The notes under the pieces: generated by a model
Database searches by the model: none
Told to the model about the DNA's origin: nothing
What the model saw: the letters and a program-made list of their open reading frames with translations, nothing else
IMG/VR virus record: IMGVR_UViG_3300020044_005872
Location: 1 to 30,027 of that record
From: a virus
Lineage: Duplodnaviria; Caudoviricetes
Strand: one strand, 5' to 3'
Length of the DNA: 30,027 nucleotides
Shown here: positions 25,039 to 30,027 of the stretch, one piece after another
How the letters are laid out: every line of letters starts with the position of its first letter
How positions within the stretch are numbered: position 1 is the first letter of the stretch
Translations under genes and position numbers: made by a program

Positions 25039-25620
25039 ATGACTAAAGACGAAATCTTAAACAAAGTCGCTGACCTTATTGGAATGAAGTTTTCTACTCC
25101 TAAAGCACAAAAGTTTAACGAAGTTGAATTAGAAGGAGGATACATAATCACCAACCAAAAACCAGATACGGATTTTGTAGTGGGTGATACTATCTACCTT
25201 GTTAATGACGACCAAACTTATTCTATCGTGGGTGCGGGAACTTGGAAGTTTCTTGATGGTGAAAAAATCTTTGAAACTGACGAGGAAGGAAAACTTGTAT
25301 CAATCAAAAGTGGTGAAGAAGCCGCAAACGAAATCGCTGATGTAGAAGAAGCGAATGACTTGGCTGAAACTATGGAGATTGAAATTGAAGACAAGGACAG
25401 CAGAATTGTTGATGCTATTATTGAGGCTTTAATGCCGATGGTAGAGGAAATGAAAAGCTTAAAAGAAGAGATGGGTAATCTTAAAAAAGATTATATGTCC
25501 TTCAAACAATCGGGAACACACAACCCATTAAAAGACGACAAAATCGTTTCTAACGCTTTCAATAGCGACGAGAGATATGAAGTATTCAAGGCTCTTAAAG
25601 AAGCGAAGAGACGCAAATAA
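25039..25620 (+). CDS. Putative capsid scaffolding protein
   Basis: Acidic with a C-terminal coiled coil; lies between the protease and capsid genes. Confidence 0.7.
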   Translation: MTKDEILNKVADLIGMKFSTPKAQKFNEVELEGGYIITNQKPDTDFVVGDTIYLVNDDQTYSIVGAGTWKFLDGEKIFETDEEGKLVSIKSGEEAANEIADVEEANDLAETMEIEIEDKDSRIVDAIIEALMPMVEEMKSLKEEMGNLKKDYMSFKQSGTHNPLKDDKIVSNAFNSDERYEVFKALKEAKRRK

Positions 25621-25655
25621 ACTATTTATTAACAAAATTAAACAACATTAAAATT

Positions 25656-26603
25656 ATGAAAAAATATTCTTTTGATTTTAATACTGCTGGAATGGTTGAT
25701 TTCCTTAACGCAAATGCGGACTTATTGCTTCACAAAATCGTTATGGATACTACCGAGGCGCAGTATATGAAAGTTTTACCAGGAATTAAATACGGCGAAT
25801 TGGTGCCTGTTTTTGAAACAGGAAACATAGACGGAATTGCTACTTTGGGTAATGGTTGTGGTGAGTTCTCTACAGGAACTGGAACTACTATCACTATGAC
25901 TGAAGTAGAATTAAAAGTTGCTTCTTACCAAATTGAAAAATCTTGGTGTGAGGCTGACCTAAACAATACCATTATGTCTGTGCGTTTGCGTCCAGGTTCT
26001 TATGGTGAAGAAGTTGGTGGCGGATTTGAGCAAGCTATTATGGACGATGTATCAAAGAAGGCTAATGTATTCGCTTCAAGAAAGATTTGGGGTGCTACTT
26101 CAGGTGCTGATGGCGTATCAGGTTTGATTGAGCAGTTGGAAAGTCCATCTATTTCAGGTTCTGTAGTGAATGTATCTTACTCTGCAATCACCGCAAATGC
26201 TGCTGGTATTAATGTAGTCAATTCTTATGTATTGAACTTACCAGACCCATTAAAAACTATCCCTACTATCCTTTGGTTGAACCACAGCGATTTTCAGGCT
26301 TACCAATTAGCACTCGTAGCGGCGAACTTATACCACTTTGACCCAATCCAATTGGCAAACGGACAAATGGCTATTAGAGTTCCTTTCACAAACACAATCG
26401 CTGTATCTTGTGAAATCGGTGCTGTAGGTTCTTACGCTGTATTGTCTAACTACGACAACTTACTTTTGGGAACTGACCTTTTGAGTGATATTACTTCACC
26501 TATTTCTTGGTATTCACAAGATTTCGGTCAATACAGAATGAAGTTGGTAATGAAAATCGGTGCGGCTGTAGCATTCGGTAGTCAAGTTGTTTTCGCATCT
26601 TAA
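25656..26603 (+). CDS. Major capsid protein
   Basis: 315 aa; PGIKY, EKSWCEADL, NLLLGTDLLSD and C-terminal RMKLVMKIG motifs; position after the scaffold. Confidence 0.85.
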   Translation: MKKYSFDFNTAGMVDFLNANADLLLHKIVMDTTEAQYMKVLPGIKYGELVPVFETGNIDGIATLGNGCGEFSTGTGTTITMTEVELKVASYQIEKSWCEADLNNTIMSVRLRPGSYGEEVGGGFEQAIMDDVSKKANVFASRKIWGATSGADGVSGLIEQLESPSISGSVVNVSYSAITANAAGINVVNSYVLNLPDPLKTIPTILWLNHSDFQAYQLALVAANLYHFDPIQLANGQMAIRVPFTNTIAVSCEIGAVGSYAVLSNYDNLLLGTDLLSDITSPISWYSQDFGQYRMKLVMKIGAAVAFGSQVVFAS

Positions 26604-26650
26604 TCTACTAAAAAAATAAACACTTACAAAAATTAAAATATTAAAAAACT

Positions 26651-27238
26651 ATGGCTTCAAATTGTGTAGTGCAACAAGGTCTTTCATTAGCATCGTGTAG
26701 CAACAATGTCCCTGGAATTTCGCAGGTGTGGGTTCTTACCTCAACTGGTGATAGTGCGACATTTTCAACAATTACTTATGGCACCACAGGTGCTACAAAA
26801 AATCAGGTTTTGAGTGTAAGTGGTGCTTCAACTGGTTTAGAGTTCAAACAAATTGATATAGTTAGAAACTCAAGTGCTGCTCTTAACGAGGACACTTCTA
26901 TCAACCTTGAGAGTTTAGGTTTTACCTACAACACACACCTCTTATTCACCATTCCTGGTATAACACAAAATCATACTGATTTATACGAACAACTCGTTCA
27001 ATGCACAGAGAGTTATTTTATCGTTCTTCTTAAGACAGGTAAATACTTCTTGGCAGGACACGACGGAGGTATGTTTATATCTTCAGCGTCTATTGCTTCA
27101 GGTTCTCTACCAGGTGATGCGCAATTATTTTCTTTAGACCTTGTGTCTAACGGAGCTTCAAGCGTTCCTGAAATGTATGTTCCTACTACATTAACTGCTT
27201 TCTTGTCGGGTTCAGGCATCACTATTGATAGTGAGTAA
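26651..27238 (+). CDS. Major tail tube protein
   Basis: 195 aa, S/T/G-rich; C...G....C....PGI..V and G.YFLAG..GG motifs; followed by a terminator. Confidence 0.7.
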   Translation: MASNCVVQQGLSLASCSNNVPGISQVWVLTSTGDSATFSTITYGTTGATKNQVLSVSGASTGLEFKQIDIVRNSSAALNEDTSINLESLGFTYNTHLLFTIPGITQNHTDLYEQLVQCTESYFIVLLKTGKYFLAGHDGGMFISSASIASGSLPGDAQLFSLDLVSNGASSVPEMYVPTTLTAFLSGSGITIDSE

Positions 27239-27259
27239 TCAATAACACTAATCAACATT

Positions 27260-27288
27260 AAGGGGGGGGTAAAACCCCCCTTTTTTTT
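27260..27288 (+). terminator. Intrinsic terminator after the capsid/tail tube genes
   Basis: AAGGGGGGGG-TAAAA-CCCCCC followed by T8. Confidence 0.85.
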
Positions 27289-27291
27289 AAT

Positions 27292-27543
27292 ATGGAATTG
27301 GAAGTTAAAACGAATAATTTGCGGTTGAAAAGAGGTAATACTTTTATTAAGATTACAAAGTATATTATTTCTAATTTAATATTAGATTTGATAAATCCTC
27401 AAGTCAAAATTGAGGTTGAATTATACAAAGATGATTTGCTAGTAGATACACGATATATTTATTTTAGTGAGACCACAGGTGAGGTTAATGTAGATAATCT
27501 AATAATTCAAACGAAAGAAATACTATCTAATGGCGAAATATAA
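27292..27543 (+). CDS. Hypothetical protein
   Basis: 83-aa ORF overlapping the next gene by 14 nt. Confidence 0.65.
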   Translation: MELEVKTNNLRLKRGNTFIKITKYIISNLILDLINPQVKIEVELYKDDLLVDTRYIYFSETTGEVNVDNLIIQTKEILSNGEI

Positions 27544-28969
27544 ATCATTACAAACAACATTCCTTAATGGTGATGAGTTATTCAATTTTGGGGGTTTTGT
27601 GCCTCCTGTATTGTTTCCTGATACTCAACCAGCTACTCCAACTCCTACGCCGACGCCAACCAAAACACCTACGCCTACACCGAGCACAACTCCTGCTTCG
27701 GTTTCCCCAACGCCTACTACAACTCCTACCACAACACCTACTCAAACCACTACACCTACTATAACTCCTACTCAAACTACTACTCCTACGATTACACCTA
27801 CCAACACGATTACTCCAACCAAAACAACTACTCCAACGCCGACAAAAACTCCTACTCCATCGCCAGTAGTTTATAGTGAATACTTCGGTTCAGGAACGAC
27901 AGCATCTTTAGCGTGTGCTGCGGCTGAAACATTAGAATTATACTCTAATCAACCATTCTTCACTTTTGACCAGCAAGTATTCCAAGACAGCACTTTAACA
28001 ATACCAGCACCAATAAACTCTTATTTATCTGCGGGTGATGTTGTCTATTTCGTCAATACATTTTATAGAATTGGAAATGCTGTGGCTTGTCCTGCTCCAA
28101 GTCCAAGTCCTACACCTACGATGACGATTACCCCAACCAAGACCCCTACTCCTACGCCTACTTCAACACCTACGATATTCACAGCTGAATACAACGCAAT
28201 TCTTTCAAGAGCATCAGGATTGGGATACGCAGCACCATCTTACGCACAACAGGTATTACAGAACCAACTTATAGTTGATTTGAAAGCCGCTGGTTATTGG
28301 GCTAAACTTGGTAATCTGTATATGTTTAAGGTTAATTTAACAGGGGGTGGAAGTTCCGCATTTACCCTTATCAACTGGATTACACCAGCAAACCCAACTT
28401 GTGCTTTATTACTCCACACAGGAGGGGTAAATCCACCAGTTCATACTATGGGAGGTTGGAGATTTACCAACGAGAACTATATGAGAATGGGTAATAATGG
28501 TTCAAGTGTAAATAATATTTCAACAACAAGTGTTAGAAATAGTGAAGGAACTTATGTTGCTGACTTTGTGGCAAACTCTTCATCAGGAACAAATGCGATG
28601 TGGAGCACTAATAATAACTCTTGGAACACAGCACTTTACAATATTTCAGCATCACACAGAATATACAGAGGTATTGGATTGACTGATAGTTTTGACTTCA
28701 CGGGTCTTGGATTTAAGGGAGCTACTATTGATGGAGTTGTAACTAGTGATACTACAATCTTCTTCCAAAATGGAGGAACACAAACACCAAAAACCAAAAC
28801 GGCAACTGATGTTGGTATTGCGGGAGGTGATATGTTCCTCAACTTTAATGGTGGTAATGCCACCTCAAGTTTCAGTTGGACTTCGGGTATGTGGTTCTTT
28901 GGAGCGGGTTTATCGTCGGGAGATATGCCAGGTTTCCAATCCATCATTACAAATTATATGAACGCATAA
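27530..28969 (+). CDS. Thr/Pro-rich fibre/decoration-like virion protein
   Basis: Two TP-repeat linkers, a small Cys module and a C-terminal beta-rich domain paralogous to 949-1692. Confidence 0.75.
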   Translation: MAKYKSLQTTFLNGDELFNFGGFVPPVLFPDTQPATPTPTPTPTKTPTPTPSTTPASVSPTPTTTPTTTPTQTTTPTITPTQTTTPTITPTNTITPTKTTTPTPTKTPTPSPVVYSEYFGSGTTASLACAAAETLELYSNQPFFTFDQQVFQDSTLTIPAPINSYLSAGDVVYFVNTFYRIGNAVACPAPSPSPTPTMTITPTKTPTPTPTSTPTIFTAEYNAILSRASGLGYAAPSYAQQVLQNQLIVDLKAAGYWAKLGNLYMFKVNLTGGGSSAFTLINWITPANPTCALLLHTGGVNPPVHTMGGWRFTNENYMRMGNNGSSVNNISTTSVRNSEGTYVADFVANSSSGTNAMWSTNNNSWNTALYNISASHRIYRGIGLTDSFDFTGLGFKGATIDGVVTSDTTIFFQNGGTQTPKTKTATDVGIAGGDMFLNFNGGNATSSFSWTSGMWFFGAGLSSGDMPGFQSIITNYMNA

Positions 28970-28970
28970 G

Positions 28971-30027
28971 ATGATATACATTCAACAAAACTCAACCAAC
29001 CAAATATTCGTAAATGTTAGTGAGTTCAAGACACTAGCAACTCCATATTATTTGTGGAGATTACAGAATGCTCAAACAAGAGAAATTATATCATTTATAC
29101 CACGAAATATTACCTCAATTTATCCATCATTTTATGCCAACAAATATGATGTATTTGAGTTCAACACTTTTTTAAGTGGTGCTACTAATTTCATTTATAG
29201 TGCGGGGACACCTGTAAATCTAAATCTTACGGCGAATAACGAATATTGGTTGGGGATTTATGAAACTCCAAATCCATCGCTAAACATCAATTTTGCTGGT
29301 GAAAAGTTATTAACAAGTTTATCGTTCATCTTCGTTGAAGAAAATAATGAGTTCTACACAGGTAATACTCAAAACTTCGCAAATAATGTAATCTACAATC
29401 CAAATGCTACACCAATAGCACCAAGTCCATCACCGACGAAAACTCATACCCCTACACCGACGAAAACCCCTACGATGACCCCAAGTATCACTCCGTCGGT
29501 TTCGTTGTCTCCTACCCCAACAAAAACCCCTACCACGACACCTACGAATACTCCAAGTGTTAGTCCATCGGTAAGTCCAACCAAGACACCGACACAAACC
29601 ACTACGCCTACTACTACACCGACCAAGACCCCAACCAATACTCCTACTCACACGCCTACATCGTCTCTAACACCTTCAATTACTCCTACCAATACAACGA
29701 CACCAACGACCACTAAAACTCCTACCACAACTCCTACGAACACCCCTACTCCAAGTCCAAGTGGTAGTCCTGGTGCGAGTGCTACTCCAACACCTACAAC
29801 AACTTCTACACCTACTACAACACCTACTCATACCCCTACTTCAACTATAACGAGCACACCGACTTATACACCGACTAATACCCCAAGTATTACTGCGTCT
29901 ATAACTCCAACTAATACTCCTACGGAAAGTGTTAGTCCTACACCTACGCCTTCTATTACCCCAACAATTACATCAAGTCAAACTCCTACCACAACTCCTA
30001 CGATTACACCTACGGAAAGTGTAAGTC
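28971..30027 (+). CDS. N-terminal part of the long Thr/Pro-rich virion protein (MIYIQQNSTNQIFVNVSEF...), continuing at base 1
   Basis: ATG at 28971 with no stop to the window end; about 145-aa globular N-terminus followed by TP repeats; absent from the ORF track. Confidence 0.88.
   Translation, partial: MIYIQQNSTNQIFVNVSEFKTLATPYYLWRLQNAQTREIISFIPRNITSIYPSFYANKYDVFEFNTFLSGATNFIYSAGTPVNLNLTANNEYWLGIYETPNPSLNINFAGEKLLTSLSFIFVEENNEFYTGNTQNFANNVIYNPNATPIAPSPSPTKTHTPTPTKTPTMTPSITPSVSLSPTPTKTPTTTPTNTPSVSPSVSPTKTPTQTTTPTTTPTKTPTNTPTHTPTSSLTPSITPTNTTTPTTTKTPTTTPTNTPTPSPSGSPGASATPTPTTTSTPTTTPTHTPTSTITSTPTYTPTNTPSITASITPTNTPTESVSPTPTPSITPTITSSQTPTTTPTITPTESVS
29907..30027 (+). repeat. Terminal direct repeat, right copy (matches 1-121)
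   Basis: Direct comparison, one mismatch. Confidence 0.95.

Larger units (their letters stand above)
1..30027. mobile_element. Tailed dsDNA bacteriophage genome, circularly permuted, probably infecting Bacteroidota
   Basis: Contains TerL, portal, major capsid, tail tube and tape measure genes; terminal direct repeat; no host housekeeping genes; TAnnTTTG promoters at 8475-8482 (+) and 4806-4813 (-). Confidence 0.93.

Overview
The window reads as a complete or near-complete, circularly permuted ~29.9 kb AT-rich tailed dsDNA phage genome, probably siphovirus-like. Its ends share a 121-bp direct repeat with one mismatch, and one Thr/Pro-rich ORF runs across the join. Bacteroidota-type promoters (TTG-N19/20-TATATTTG) and A-rich start regions point to a Bacteroidota host. 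Almost all genes are on the + strand: fibre-like virion proteins, portal, head-tail adaptor, an early block (HTH protein, lambda-O-like replication initiator with iterons, Zn-finger, HNH nuclease, small ORFs), TerS, a split DNA methyltransferase, TerL, a frameshifting tail chaperone, tail proteins, tape measure, a multi-module XkdF-like protease, scaffold, major capsid and tail tube. I recognised no polymerase, helicase, integrase, endolysin, tRNA or CRISPR array. The most notable unexplained structure is three intergenic hairpins whose U-rich loops carry CAU (anti-AUG). Two of these loops are complementary to start-codon regions of the phage's own early genes, suggesting a hairpin-loop antisense RNA network. 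Also notable are a single in-frame amber codon inside a conserved fibre domain, a -1 frameshift signal, a methyltransferase whose middle segment appears moved to a separate gene, and a recurring TATTTAT element before genes. Product calls come from motif recognition only; no database searches were run.
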